The notes: generated by a model from the sequence alone, not told the origin. Shown: positions 23,868 through 41,999, counted from the stretch's first letter. The stretch: 64,000 nucleotides of DNA from Octopus vulgaris (GCA_951406725.2 OX597814.1:93372001-93436000), one strand, 5' to 3'. Numbers and translations: made by a program.

Positions 23868-24103
23868 ACACGTTGCTCCAGTTCACTCAGCTGTAGAAAT
23901 GAGTTGCGACGTCACTGGTGCCAAACTGTATCAACCTTTGTCTTTCTCTTGGATAACACTGGTGGCGTGGAGAGGGGAGGCCGGTATGCATGGGCGACTG
24001 CTGGTCTTCCATAAAAACAACCTTGCCCAGACTTGTGCCTCAGAGGGTAACTCTCTAGGTGCAAACCCATGGTCACACATGACCGAAGGGGGTCTTTACT
24101 CCT
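23868..24103 (+). mobile_element. SINE family C (tail type 1), 5'-truncated
   Basis: Matches 5363-5590. Confidence 0.85.
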
Positions 24104-24684
24104 TTATATATACACACATACACACACACATACTCACGCACATACACACACTATTACACGTATATATATAAGCACACAATCCATAACGCACTATTCTCAC
24201 CACAGATACGACAGGGATGAATTTGAATTACACATTGTATCGATTTATAACGATCATTTTAATATATAACAATAGATACAGATGAAGATTACAGAAAGAG
24301 AGAGAGAGAGAAAGGAAAAAAAACAAGAGGAAGGCGAAGAGAGGGATAGAGAAAAAGAGAGAGCGCGTGTTTTATCGAAGAGCAATGAATATGGACATTG
24401 ATTTTTATTTTTACCACAATTCGCTGTTCGCTGTATATTTACTAATAACAAGCCAATATTTACTTATTACTTCCCTTTACTCCAATTTTCTGCATTTTCT
24501 CACCCATTCATTCATTAATTAATCCGCTCATTCATTCATTTTATTCACCTGTCTCTTGTCATTCAACCTTCTAACTATCTTTCTAGGTTTCTCTCTGTCT
24601 CTGTCTCTCTCGCTCTCTCTCTCTGTTTGAATTTATCCCATAATACACACGCACACGCATGCATCTAACTGTCAGTTTGACTGG

Positions 24685-24740
<56 letters not shown>

Positions 24741-24837
24741 TTGTCTATCTATGTGTGTATGCATTTGTCTATATATACATAAATATTTTTACATGTATAC
24801 TTTAATGTATGTAAGCACACACACACACACACACATC

Positions 24838-25217
24838 TCTTTTATCTTTTACTTGTTTCAGTCATTGGACAGCGGCCATACTGAGGTACCGCTTTAAAGG
24901 GTTTTAGTTGAACGAATCGATCCCAGCACTAAACTTTTCTAAAAGCCTGCCACTTATTCTATCAGCGATTTTTGTCGAACTGCTATTTTACGCGGACACA
25001 AACAAAACGAACGTTGGTTGCCAAGCGGTGGTTTGGGACAAACTGGTGTTGGTTTGTTTGCGTCCCCGTAATTTTGCGGTTCGGCAAAAGTGACCGTTAG
25101 AAAAAGAAAAAAAAAAAAGAAAGAGAAGTACTGGGGTCGATTTGTTCGACTAAACCGCTCAAAATGATGCTCCAGCATGAGCGCAGTCCAATGACTGACA
25201 TGAATAATAGAATAAAA

Positions 25218-25220
<3 letters not shown>
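24838..25220. mobile_element. Two SINE-A 3' halves joined in inverted orientation
   Basis: Minus copy at 24838-25045 directly followed by a plus copy at 25045-25220. Confidence 0.75.
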
Positions 25221-26200
<980 letters not shown>

Positions 26201-26417
26201 CATCATTAATCCCACCTAATATACACTCCTGTACTACCCACCCCGCGTCATTCCACCGACATACACCGTTGTCACCATGCACATCGCCCCCGATCGCCGA
26301 TCCTTCTTCCCCACCACCAGTATTATTAGTATTCTTGCATACATACATACATAACAGCAACATAAAGCCAACATTTCTCTTCAGGCAGTACCGTTCTCAA
26401 CTGAAGTGATGTAATGC

Positions 26418-26458
<41 letters not shown>

Positions 26459-26500
26459 GTAGTAATAACAATAATAATAATGATGATAATGATAATAATG

Positions 26501-27557
<1,057 letters not shown>

Positions 27558-27593
27558 AATAATAATAATAATAATAACAATAATAATAATAAC

Positions 27594-27643
<50 letters not shown>

Positions 27644-27668
27644 TAATAATAATAACAACAACAACAAC

Positions 27669-27721
<53 letters not shown>

Positions 27722-27950
27722 CTCTTTCTACTATAAGCACAAGGCAATCCTTTGTATTAAAGGCACAATGCCTGCAAATTTCGGGGCTGAGACTAGCCGG
27801 TTTCATCGATCCCAGTGTTTCACATAATGTATCGACCCCTCATAGGGTGAAAGGCAAAGTCGACTCGGCGGAATTTAAACTCAGAACGTAAGGTCGGACG
27901 AAATACCGCATTTTATCCGGCGTGCAAACGATTCTGCAAGCTCACCACCT
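27722..27950 (-). mobile_element. SINE family B
   Basis: B body and head in reverse. Confidence 0.8.
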
Positions 27951-27958
27951 TGATGATG

Positions 27959-27998
<40 letters not shown>

Positions 27999-28019
27999 TG
28001 ATGATGATGATAATAGTAC

Positions 28020-28554
28020 ATGCCCTGATGCAGTACCTTGCAGTGGCTCTAATGATTTCTGCTCTTACCTGATTGGAAGTATCATCATGTACATTGTTTT
28101 GTCTTGGTATAAGAGATGGGTTACAGCAAATATTCTGCTCAATACCACAGATTTGCTTGTCAGTTGTCTGACCTTAACCTGTTGACCATGTCCCTTAGTG
28201 GCTGACGATATGTGCATCTCTGATCATGAGTAGTGGGGGAGCATCATAGCCGTGTGTTGAAAGGAATTCACCTTTGGAAACATGGGTGCTTTGTTCAACA
28301 TCCTTAAACAATTCTTATTTAGGGACCTTTTGAGCGGGATTGGTTGGTTACTCGACCAGAAGAAAATTCGAACTAGGCCCCACCTGCAAGGTCATGCGCT
28401 GTTTATCTTGATATGAGATCACCATGTTGCGCACATATGGTTGTGATGCATGTGCCTGGTGTATCCTTATCAGACGGGTAGTCATGATGGGTATACTAGG
28501 CTTCGTATATTTTACTCCAGTGTCACTTTGATGACATGCACTGCTCTCTCACTC
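28020..28554 (+). mobile_element. Second copy of element D
   Basis: Same start and end as 27002-27557, highly similar throughout. Confidence 0.8.
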
Positions 28555-28586
<32 letters not shown>

Positions 28587-28602
28587 TAATAATAATAATA
28601 AT

Positions 28603-28789
28603 ACTTTCTACTAAAGGTACAAGGCCTGAAATTTTGCGGGAGAGGACTAGTCAATTTCATCGACCTCAGTGTTTCACTTAATTTATCGATCCCGAAAGGA
28701 TGAAAAGCGAAGTTGACCTCAGCGGAATTTGAATTCAGAACTGTAAGGCATTTTGCCCGGCGTGTTAACGATTCTGCCAGCTCGCCGCC

Positions 28790-28822
<33 letters not shown>

Positions 28823-29492
28823 GTTTCAAATTTTAGCTCAATGCCAGCAAGTTCAGAGAACTTGAGTCGATTACATTGACCCCAGTGCGTAACTGGTACT
28901 TATTTAATCGACCCCAAAAGGATGAAATGCAAAGTTGACCTCGGCGGAATTTGAACTCAGAACATAGCGGCTGACGAAATACCTATTTCTTTACTACCCA
29001 CAAGGGGCTACACACAGAGAGGACAAACAAGGACAGACAAACGGAATAAGTCGATTATATCGACCCCAGTGTGTAACTGGTACTTATTTAATCGACCCCG
29101 AAAGGATGTAAGGCAAAGTCGACCTCGGCGGAATTTGAACTCACAGCGTAACGGCAGACGAAATACCTATTTCTATTTCTTTACTACCCACAAGGGGCTA
29201 AACACAGAGAGGACAAACAAGGACAGACAAACGGATTAAGTCGATTATATCGACCCCAGTGCGTAACTGGCACTTGTTTTATCTTCCCCGAGTGAATGAA
29301 AGGCAAGGTAGACCTCGGTTGAATTTAAATTCTGAGTTCAAATACCGCTGAGGTCGACTTTGCTTTTCATCCTTTAGGGGTCGATAAATTAAGTACCAGT
29401 TACGCACTAGGGTCAAGATAATCGACTTAATCCGTTTGTCTGTCCTTGTTTGTCCCCTCTATGTTTAGCCCTTTGTGGGCAATAAAGAAATA
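28603..29492. mobile_element. SINE family B cluster: monomer (-), head-to-tail trimer (-), inverted copy (+)
   Basis: Repeated B bodies; junctions at about 28973 and 29158; orientation flips at about 29330. Confidence 0.9.
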
Positions 29493-30348
29493 AATAATAA
29501 CTATAATGTTTTTCCTTTATTTTCACTGAAGGTTTATATAAAATATTGGGAACGGTTAAGCACAATATTCGTGTACTAAATAAATAACAATAATGATAAT
29601 AATTCTTTCTGCTATAGACTACTGACCGTAATTTTGGGAGTGGGCGTAGCTCATTACATCAAAGCCCAGTACTCAACTGAAATTTGTTTCATCGACTCCG
29701 AAATGATGAAAGGTAAAGTCTACTTCGGCGGAATTGTGAAGAGGGTGACTTTGCCTTTCATCCTTTCGGAGTTGATAAAACAAGTACCAGTTGAGTACTT
29801 CTTGAAGATGGTAGAATCTTTTTTGCATATGGCTCTATATGTATATAAATTCACTCTAGTTGTGTGAGAGTGTATACGTACATATTTGTGTATGTGCGTG
29901 TGCGTACATAGGTGTTTGTACTTGTGTGTGTGTGTTTGTGTATAGTTACATGCATACATATATACTCACATACACACAAACATACACACATATTCTTACA
30001 CACACACACACACAAACAAACATATTTATCTGTACATGTGTGTATGTCTAGATGTACCGACTTCCACATGTACAATGCGAGGAATACAAACCGTGGCATT
30101 ATATTTCAATGTTAAAAAAACAAAGAAAAAAAAACAAAACAATAAACACAATATTAAAATATGCTACTGTTTCTAAGGTACAGAAAAAGAGGAGTGGGGT
30201 TGTCGCATCATATGTCATATTTGAGATTGCATTATACTCGAGTTAACACCGTATGTGCATGTATATATATATATGTGTGTGTGTGTCGTGCGCGCGCGCG
30301 TGTGTATGTATGTATGTATGTATGTATGTATGTATGTATGTATGTATG

Positions 30349-30409
<61 letters not shown>

Positions 30410-30454
30410 TATGTATATATGCATGCTTGTGTGATCTGACAAATTAAGTAAAAC

Positions 30455-30498
<44 letters not shown>

Positions 30499-30575
30499 AG
30501 TTGAGTTGTGGGGTATCGCACGAGTGGGATTATATAAGAAAAAAGGTTTGAAAATGCAATTTTCAAACCTTTTTT

Positions 30576-30642
<67 letters not shown>

Positions 30643-30848
30643 GCACACACATATATATATATGTTGTGTGTGTGTGATATAGCAAGTTGTGGTCATCTGA
30701 GTAGATAAGTAGAAGTACTAAGGAAATGACACTTATACACCCACTAGTCTATATACACCCATGCAAATTTCACAAAGCTAGAAACTAAAGCCACGAAACG
30801 AAAAGAGAGAAAAAAACAGAATGTAGCATACCCGCAATGCATACGTAC

Positions 30849-30917
<69 letters not shown>

Positions 30918-31116
30918 CACATGCACACAGATGCTTGCACGCACACACACACGTTGATAAAAACTACACCTACTTCGTTCATGCGTAATCACACACCCTA
31001 CACACCCTCACATACACACACTCACACACGGGTATATATACATAGCAAGCACGTACACACGGAACTGATACACATACACTGAGGCATACAGTATAAACAC
31101 ACCTGTGTATTAACCC

Positions 31117-31282
31117 TAGCGGTGTTTCGTCCGTCTTTACATTCTGAGTTCAAATCTCGACGGGGGCCGACTTTGCCATCCATCGATGAAATAAGTACCA
31201 GTTGCGCACTGGGGTCGATGTAACCGACTCAGTTCCCCTCTCCCACAATTCCAGGCTTGTGCTTATTGCAGAATGGATTATA
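31117..31282 (+). mobile_element. SINE family B, truncated
   Basis: ttctgagttcaaat...aagtaccagttgcgcactggggtcgatgtaa. Confidence 0.75.
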
Positions 31283-32369
31283 TATATAATTGTGTGTGTG
31301 TGTGGGTGTGTCTATGTATATACTAACATTATATATAAACGTGTACGTGTGTATGTATGTATATATTCATATCTATGCACATATAATATATATTTGTAAT
31401 CACACACTCCTACAGTGACATGATAGAAGAATATAAACTGGTTGTAGAATACACACACAGACACACACACACACACACACTTCCCCCTACACGCCAATAC
31501 CCGTATAATACATTGTTACATAGGGACAGTCACATACGTATTCAGATAAACTACACACTCGTGCACACACGTACACACACACACACACGCACGCACTTAT
31601 ATACACACCTACACTTATTGACACACATAACCACACCTTTACATGGGCCCGTATAATCACTCATACATACACCGGTATCCATACCCACAGACACACACAG
31701 ACACACACAACACACACACGCACACCCACTATACATAGTGACATACATAGACATACACATGTCGACTAACATACACCCACCCACCCACACGCCGATACAC
31801 GCATAGACACACGCATAGACATCACGTCTTCTCCGCCGAAGCTGATATCGTAACGTTAACGGGGCACTCACAAAACACACACACTACCAACACATGCAAG
31901 CATGCGGTTACACACACAAACATATACACGCATGTAGGCACACCTACAAAGAGGTGGGGGTGTACAGATTCACATATTTAAATAACCACGTACATATATA
32001 TATATATATATAGTAACACAGTTTAACGTGTCTCGACTTTTGTGTTTTTCTAACCGAATCTCGTCATTTGTTTTATCCCCTTACGGTGCTTCGTTGTCAC
32101 ATATTGTCATGGAGAAGCACATAGCCTCGCCGAGGACATACGTTGTCATATGAATTAAATTTACATATAGATATAGGCGCGTGCGCGCATCCTCACATAC
32201 ACACACTCCACATACGCATACGCATCTGTACGTGAATGTGTGTGTTTATGTATGTGCATTTGTGCATGTGTGTGTGTGTGTTATTGTAATGTGTGTGACA
32301 AAATCATTTTTATATTTCAATACGACACTGTTGCGTCTTACATGTTATAACTAGAATATTAACTAACAG

Positions 32370-32504
<135 letters not shown>

Positions 32505-33087
32505 GTTCGCCTGCCTCTATCTATCTACCTATATCTCCATACACACATCCATGCACAGACAAATACACACAAAATTTACACATCCACATATATACATACA
32601 TACATGCAAACATACATACATACACACATAATACATACACATACATACATACATACATACATACATACATACATGCACACATAATACATACATACACACA
32701 TACATACACACACATACATACATAGATACATACATAGATACATACATAGATACATACATACATACATACATACATACATACATACACGCATACATACATA
32801 CATACATACATACATACATACATACATACATTTGCTTCGATAATCACAATCCTTAATCACGTTCTTCTATTTTTCTCTACTGCCACCTGTGTCCCTATAG
32901 TTGTGGTGGTCGTCAAAAACCAAATTTCAATTTTGTAGCAAACCGCTGCTATATATTCGTTCGTAAATCGAACACCTATAATGCATAAATAAATGAATAA
33001 TAATACAATTAATAATATTAATAATAATTATTATTATTTATACTTAGTAATAACAAGACGAACAACAACGGCAACAACAACAATAGA

Positions 33088-33121
<34 letters not shown>

Positions 33122-33500
33122 GTAATAATAATAATAATTATTACTATTACTATTATGAAAACAATGACGATGAGTTTTTCATTTGCCACAAGGACCACGC
33201 TAATAGAAGAAATCATTTCGAAATACGGACGATACGTAACAATCAAGCAGTGGTTAACAACAACAACAGCAACAAAAGTAGTAGTAGTAGTAGTAGTGGT
33301 GGTGGTGGTAGTAGTGGTAGTTGTGGTAGTAGTAGTGGTAGTAGCAGCAGCAGTACACTGATAAAAACAAGCAGCGAACCAACCAACCAGCCCGCCCGCC
33401 AGCCAGCCAGCCCGCCCGCCAGCCAGCCAGCCAACCTACCAACTAAACTAACCCGACAACTATCCCAGTGTAGGAAACAAATAATTCTTTTAATACGGTC

Positions 33501-33536
<36 letters not shown>

Positions 33537-34124
33537 GCTCTCTCTCTCTCTCTGTCTTTCTCAGTCTCTCTCACACATATATATATATATATGTATGTAT
33601 GTATATTTATTATATGAATGTATGTGTATGGAACTGAGGGCATTCATTACAAAAATAAATAATTATTTATTTAGAAGTAATTAAGATTGAAATTTTCGTG
33701 TAGACACAAGCACGTGTTTATGGTCTCTTTCACTCTATCATTCTTCTTAATTCATATCCTCTCTCTCTCTCTCTCTTACTCCTCCCTCTCTGTGTCCATC
33801 AGTCTACTGCTCTCTCTCTCTCTCTCCTTCCGTCCCTCCACCTCTCTCACTCTATCTCTTCTCTCTCTCTCTCTCTCTCTCTCTGTCTCCGTCTCTGTCT
33901 CTGTGTGTCTGTCTCTCTCTCTTTGTGTATTTCTCACTTTGGGTTAGTCCGCTTGGTTCTGTTGGTATCTCAAATCACTCAGTAAGGAGGCAATATCTTT
34001 TCAGTTAGGTGTGTGTGTATATATATATATATACATATATATATCATCGCACACACATACACACATACACATACACACACATATCTATATACATATACAT
34101 ATAAAGTATATTTCATCTATCTAT

Positions 34125-34170
<46 letters not shown>

Positions 34171-34234
34171 AATAAATACATATATACATATATATACATA
34201 TACATATACATACATATATACATACATATATATG

Positions 34235-34279
<45 letters not shown>

Positions 34280-34280
34280 G

Positions 34281-34333
<53 letters not shown>

Positions 34334-34932
34334 CATTACATTATATTATATACACGGGCGCGCACGCTCGCCATGTCTCTCTCTCTCTCTAATATTGTAT
34401 ATGTATATGTATACATTGATATGTAAGAGCATATTTTCTAGAAAGAAAGAAAAAGAGAAAGGAAAGAAAATCCGGCTGCTAATATACACATTTGCTATGG
34501 AAGGTCTCCGTCTGAAGACTGGCTTTATTTCGATAACATATCAGGAAAACGACAGCTAAACGAAACATATCTCACGGGAAAACATTATATATATACATAT
34601 ATATATATATATGTGTGTAAACGTGAGAAAAAAACCCCACACAATCAAAATAGGATTTTTTTTATAAAACAGAAGCAGAAATACAAGATTTGTAAAGGAA
34701 AGGAAAAAAAACATCCCACCCTACAGAGAAAGCAAGCAAATATTTCGATGCGAAAGAGGAAATTTAATAATAATCAACAATCGTATTTATAATACATTTT
34801 ACACACCACGGATATAATTATAAAAAAGTCCTAAGTTTTTGTGAGATACACCCTGGACAAAATATTCAACATTTGACAGCCATAGGTAAGTGGCCCAGTC
34901 CTTTCTATCTGCCCGTCTGCCTTTTTGTCAAA

Positions 34933-35555
<623 letters not shown>

Positions 35556-36958
35556 CTTACACAGCTACTCACAAATACATACAGCCACCCACACATACAC
35601 ATACATACATACACACAAATCGATACAGACGTATGTTTCTGTATGTCTGTATGTGCATTTCGCAGTCCACCAAACACTCGCCCACCCACCCATCGCGTGT
35701 GCGTGTGTGTGTGTAAATGCACGAAAAACATGCACAGAAATACGTGGCCGAATCTCACTCACGCAAACAGACACGCACTTAGATGAATATGTATATATAT
35801 TCAAATTTATATTAATTTATGAAGGATCGATCGATAGAACTGGTTACTCGCTGTGTGGTTGCACCAGGAAAGGTTTTGAATTAGCTTGCAACAGACACAC
35901 ACAAAATCAAGCACAGACTAGAGAGGACATACAAATACACACACGCACTCAAAAGCATGCACTGTGCATTCGTTTTAAGGTTTACGTTTATATTTTTGCA
36001 AGCATTTATCGAGTTTTATTGCTTATATATGAATTGTCAATGTTGTTTGGCCCAAGGCTGTTTCTGATCGAGTTGTTCTGATCAAAACAGTCCAGCCGTG
36101 ATCCATGTTTTTTTCTTGTTTTGTTTTCGCTTTCTCTGACAGTACATCTCTGACTACTTTATTCATTGCATCGTTCAAATTTTCAAACGGGTAAGGTTTG
36201 ACAGCTTTTTTTTTCTAGCAGAGTAAATGACCACATTGAAGCTCTATCGTTGATATACATCTGTATGTGCACGTGTGTGTGTGTGTGTGTGCCTGTACTT
36301 TTGAGTCAATTTTTTTTTGCACATTGGAAGAGATATAGACAGCTACACCAGTAGAGTTCCTGACAAAATTATGCTGCTTCGAGTTCTGGGATCTGATCTT
36401 GCTTGGGATAGCCTCCACCATCATGCTTCTATTATCGTTAAAGAAATATCAGCCAAGTACCGCATTCTTCTTTCTTCTCATATTATGATTCCATTCACAT
36501 TTAAAATGCATTATATTATTATAAATCGCCCCCTATTATTTTATCGATCTCGGAATGATGGACGTCAAAGTTCACGGCTGTACAATTCGAACTCACTACA
36601 TAAAAGCAGCTCTAACTAAACACCCACTCTGAAACGATTCTGCTAATAATATACACCTCTCCCCACCCCCATATCTCTTTCTTTCTCTCTCCTAAAATTC
36701 AATTCCTGTTTGGGCTTACCACTAAAATATTCGACAAAAATATTCTGTGACCGAATATTTACATCGATTTTATTGGCTATAACTGCGTCTCTACGGCAAA
36801 TTGAGCTTTAGAAATTGTGAGGGTGGTCGATTGACTGAAACGGTATTGCTGGACTAAACACTTTGTTATAATTAGTTCGATTCCTTTACATTCTGTGTTC
36901 AATTTCTGCCAAGGTCTTAACTCCCACCATTTTCGTCTCTTCCGGGTAAAAAGAGATA

Positions 36959-37043
<85 letters not shown>

Positions 37044-37366
37044 TCATTCATTCATTCATTCATTCATCCATTCTTTCTTTCTTTCTTTACACGCATTTAC
37101 ATGTATGTATGTATGTATGTATGTATGTATGTATGTATGTATGTATGTATGTATGTATGTATGTATGTATGTACGTACGTACGTATGTATGTATGTATGT
37201 ATGTATGCATGCATGCATGTATGCATGTATGTATATATATATATACATCCATATATACATGCATATATATTCATATACATATAAATGTTATACGCATGTA
37301 CTCACACACACGCACATATATATATACATACACAGGTATACACATACGAACGCGTACACACATACG

Positions 37367-37397
<31 letters not shown>

Positions 37398-38519
37398 CTC
37401 TCTCTATATATGTGTGTGTGTGTTTATATACTACGTACCCGTCCAATCTCTCTTCTTGACTCTGCTCCATAGATTGGCCTTCCCGCAGGTTATTAACCCT
37501 GCCTTTCCTCGTCTCAATATGGTTATTGTTATCATAAATATCTACCCAGATACCCTCTCTCCCTCTTCCTATGCTTCCATTTTCTTTTCTTTTCTTTCTG
37601 AAGAAGGTTTAACCTCCAAAACGTCATATACATTCTATTCGTACAAACATTAAACCGATATCTTTTTCCTGTACCCTGTTCCTTTCTGTTTTGTTCTTTA
37701 AACGTCCTTTAAGCCAATTTTGACATTATATACATACATACTCATATACCTATACATATATTACACAATACATAGACATGTAGACACACATACATACTCA
37801 CATACACAAACAAACACACACATACCCCCCCTCTATCTGTCACAAACACACAAATATAAAATGTATCTAAGTAGCGAGAATCAAAATAAAGACGCGTACT
37901 TTTATTTTCAACGTGTTTTTCTACCACTCGAACGTGAGAGGCATTCACTGCAGGTATTTTCTGTCTATAAACTTTTATATGTTTAAACACATGAAGCTGA
38001 TGATCTTTAAGTGACTTCAGCAGACTTCCAGACACCGTGTTTCTTCGTGATTCCACCTCTTCAGTGGCAGACTCCCACCTCGATCATTTGATCTAACATA
38101 TATATATATATATATACACACACAAAGCAACAAACAATACATTCGTTGTTGTGTGTTGATATGTGCCCAAGTTGAAATTAATTCAATATACGCGCACGAA
38201 GCAGCGAGGATCAAAATAAAGATGTGTACATATATTTTTAACATATTGCGGTCATTGAAATGTGGATGGTTTTCACTGGGGATTTTTGTATCAGAGGAAA
38301 GTTTTCTCTTTATAGACTTTAAGCTTAAAATTTCATCGATCCTAGCTCCAAGTGACGTTGCAAAATTTTATGTCTACTTTTCCATGGTGGCATGGCTTGG
38401 ACGGTTTACCTGAATCAGTGTTTTATAGGAAGCTGCGCTTCTTGTCATCATCATTACAGTCTCTCTTATGTCATGCAGCTACATGGAGTATTCACAAATA
38501 CGAAATACGGACACACACA

Positions 38520-38840
38520 CGCTCACTCACTCATTCGCTCACACACTCACTGACTCACTGACTCACTGACTCACTCTCTCACTCACTCACTCATTCACTC
38601 ACTCACTCACTCACACACTCACTCACTCACTCACTCACTCACTCACTCACTCACTCACTCACTCACTCACACACACACTCACTCACACACACACTCACTT
38701 ACTCACTCACTCACTCACCTCACCTCACTCACTCACTCACTCACTCACTCACCCACTCACCTCACCTCACTCACTCACTCATTCACTCAGTCACCCACTC
38801 ACCTCACCTCACTCACTCACTCATTCACTCACACACACAT
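38520..38840. repeat. (CTCA)n tetranucleotide array
   Basis: Directly visible. Confidence 0.9.
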
Positions 38841-39746
38841 ATATAGACACACAACTGTACAACTGTTTCTATACATAAACGTTTGAAACAGTTGTAAGGT
38901 ATTTGATTCTTAATAAGATGAATATATATATATACTCCGCATTATGTATTAAATACTACACATACATACATACATGCATACATACATACTTACATATATA
39001 CATACATACACACATATATGTGTAGCCACACACACACACACATATGTACATGTATGTATGTATGTATGTATGTATGTCTGTATGTCTGTATGTATGTGTG
39101 TATGTATGTATGTATGTGTGTATGTATGTATGTATGTATGTATGTATGTATGTATGTATGTGAATGTGTGTGTATTTAGTATAATTTCGGAGGAGGCGAT
39201 GAGCTGGTAGAACTGTTACCGTTGAGAGGCAGTTTGAAACATAGTGGACTCTACTAAAGCCATCTAAAGACTGGGATAGTGTTCATAAACCGGTTACGAC
39301 CCCAAAATATTCGACCTCTCCAGTAGAATAACAAGATCCGTGTGCCGAGTCCCCGAGAAGATAAGTCACAATAATAGCAGTATCATATTACTTGTGTCGT
39401 TCAGGTAATATTCTTACGTATGGAATGGTGAGAGGTGATGGGCATATTCGGCTTACAGGAATACACATCTCTGGACGTAATGGCGAATGTATAAAATAAA
39501 AAGAAAAAAATGAAAAGGTAAAGGAAAAGGAAAGGTTTTCAACCAAACATGAATTTATTGTTTGTAGAATAAGTTAAAATTCATAAAATAGCAAATTAAA
39601 CGAAAAAAAGCAAAACATATAAGTAAAATAATAATAAAATAATGAAGCACATGCAGCAAAAGAAGCCTGTCATTAGATTCCCGATGCCTTCGCTTGGAGA
39701 GCGAGTCCAAAGATACCTTGCTCTTGAACAACAACAACAACTACAA

Positions 39747-39798
<52 letters not shown>

Positions 39799-39823
39799 AG
39801 CAGCAGCAACAACAACAACAACA

Positions 39824-39876
<53 letters not shown>

Positions 39877-39998
39877 CCCTCTCATTGTGTATGCATGTAT
39901 GTATATATGTATATTTTGTTGTGTCTAGGGAGAGTCATTGTTCATTCTTCGTGTGTTCCGACACACGAATTCACATGAAGAATCTTGATACAAAAACG

Positions 39999-40030
<32 letters not shown>

Positions 40031-40083
40031 GCACACACACACAACACACACACAAATGTAAATACATATACATACACACGCAA

Positions 40084-40144
<61 letters not shown>

Positions 40145-40450
40145 TATATATACATGCACACACATATTCATATACATACTTATATATGTCTGAATCACGC
40201 AGGCACGTGTGTGTCTTTGAATGTTGTCCATTTTTTTCGACAAGAAAAAACGGAATCGTTACTCATATCATGGAAACATCGTCGCTATGCCCTATTCCCT
40301 TTCATTATAAGCCGCGCACACCCAGATCATTAACCATTTGCCCTCGTGGTGAAAGTTCATCTTTAACATTACAACCACTACATTCCATCGACTAGCTCAT
40401 GTCTTCAAAGCCAGAACATACCTCATCTTTCAATAATTATCAACTTTGTT

Positions 40451-40672
40451 AAGGCGGTGAGCTGGCAGAAGCGTTAGCATGTCGGGCGAAATGTTTAACA
40501 TTATTTCGTCCGTCTTCACATTCTGAGTTCAAATTCTGTCAAGGTCGACTTTGCCTTTTATCCTTTCGGGATCAAAAACGTAAGAACCAATTGAGTTCTG
40601 GGGTCGATGTATTCGACTTACCTCTTTCCCGAAATTGCTGGCCTTGTGCCAAAATTTGAAATCAGTAATTAT
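40451..40672 (+). mobile_element. SINE family B, full length (tail type 3)
   Basis: aaggcggtgagctggcagaa head; gccttgtgccaaaatttgaaa tail. Confidence 0.85.
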
Positions 40673-40689
40673 TAATGCTGTTAATGCCC

Positions 40690-41105
40690 AGGCAGAGATC
40701 ACAATGGACTCTTACTTTCAGATGTGGAGTGGCGGTACAGCTGACCGCACAGATATTCTCGTCGACATCCCCACAAAAGACAACTCTACAGATAGGTATG
40801 AAATCACTCACAAATACGATCCGCAGTCTCTTATCCACAGGTGCGTTGTAACCTCAATCTGACTCTTGAACTGTTGCTACAATGACTTCTGTTCATCAGA
40901 ATTAGCCGGGCTCACGCCTCCTCTATATAGGGATTACGTTTGTTGTATTCAAACATACATTGGATACACAGTAAACAATGCAGCGAGTTCTTCTTTCCCC
41001 AAACTTCACCCCACTGGAGCTCCCGCCCTGCTCATATCTTTCGCGTTGATGTTGATTTTCAAAGATTCGAGGGGTACATAAACGACATCGATATCATCGG
41101 TCTAA
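40690..41105 (+). mobile_element. Decayed CR1/L2-group LINE ORF2 C-terminus
   Basis: MDSYFQMWSGG...PQSLIHRCVVTSI*...CSSELAGLTPP, frameshift, FFPQTSPHWSSRPAHIF..DFQRFEGYIN; resembles the L.HRR.V.SL...CSSEL...FFPRT..LWNSLP motif. Confidence 0.7.
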
Positions 41106-41276
41106 GTGGCCTACAGAGAGTGTGGACACTTACACTTCCTCCACACAGAGCAAGAAATAACATATGTGCGTATGTGTTTGCATGCATCCATGCACACATA
41201 CATACATACACATACATATGTATGTATATGTATACACACGCGCACACACACACATATACGTATATGCATAATTCAA

Positions 41277-41370
<94 letters not shown>

Positions 41371-41424
41371 ACTAGCTAGCTACCTATCTGTCTATCTATC
41401 TGTCCGTCTATCTATAAAACTATA

Positions 41425-41744
41425 GTCGTCACGCGTAATCGAGTATGGCCTAGCAGAATGTGCTATACTTTCACTAATTGCTTGTGGTACATATGTAGTC
41501 GTGAACAAAGACACACTCCCAGTTCTTCTGCTTTTGATCCAGTGAAACAACTTGAATGTGACGGCTGAAGGAAGAAACGGATGCTCCAGTAGCTGGCTGG
41601 TACCCATTTACAGCCGAGTAGACTGGAATAGCGTGAAATGAAGTGCCTTGTTTAAGGGTACAATTACGCTGCAATATCGACGAATCGAACCCACAACATT
41701 GTGATCGTGAGCCCAGCAACCCTAACCGCTAGACCACGCACCTT
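41425..41744 (-). mobile_element. SINE family C (tail type 5), diverged
   Basis: TGGTCTAGCGG / GGTTCGATTC boxes and CORE-like block in reverse. Confidence 0.65.
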
Positions 41745-41891
41745 CATCATGCACACAAATATATCAATGTGTGTATGTGGGTGTGTATACATATATACAT
41801 ACACAAACACACACACACACACACATATATATTTATATTGTATATGTATATAGTTTACTGTATATAATATATTAATATATATTTATGTTTA

Positions 41892-41999
41892 CGAGGGGGT
41901 GTTGAAAAGTACCAGGTTTCGGGTAAAAGAAAACACAGGAGGATCAGTTAATTATTATTTTATTAAACATATTCACTTTTTACTTTTCAGCCACCCCGC
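41892..41999. mobile_element. Internally deleted mariner MITE related to 9215-9427
   Basis: ta|cgagggggtgttgaaaagt ... acttttcagccacccc; shared ggtaaaagaaaa...gatc.gttaattat block. Confidence 0.7.

Noticed and set aside
39642-40061. PolyQ ORF MKHMQQKKP...QQQQ
   Set aside because: The (CAA/CAG)n tract runs straight into (TA)n; no splice signals or domain.
41075-41105. GYINDIDIIGLS as an RT YADD motif
   Set aside because: It lies at the extreme C-terminus of the LINE remnant with no upstream RT motifs.
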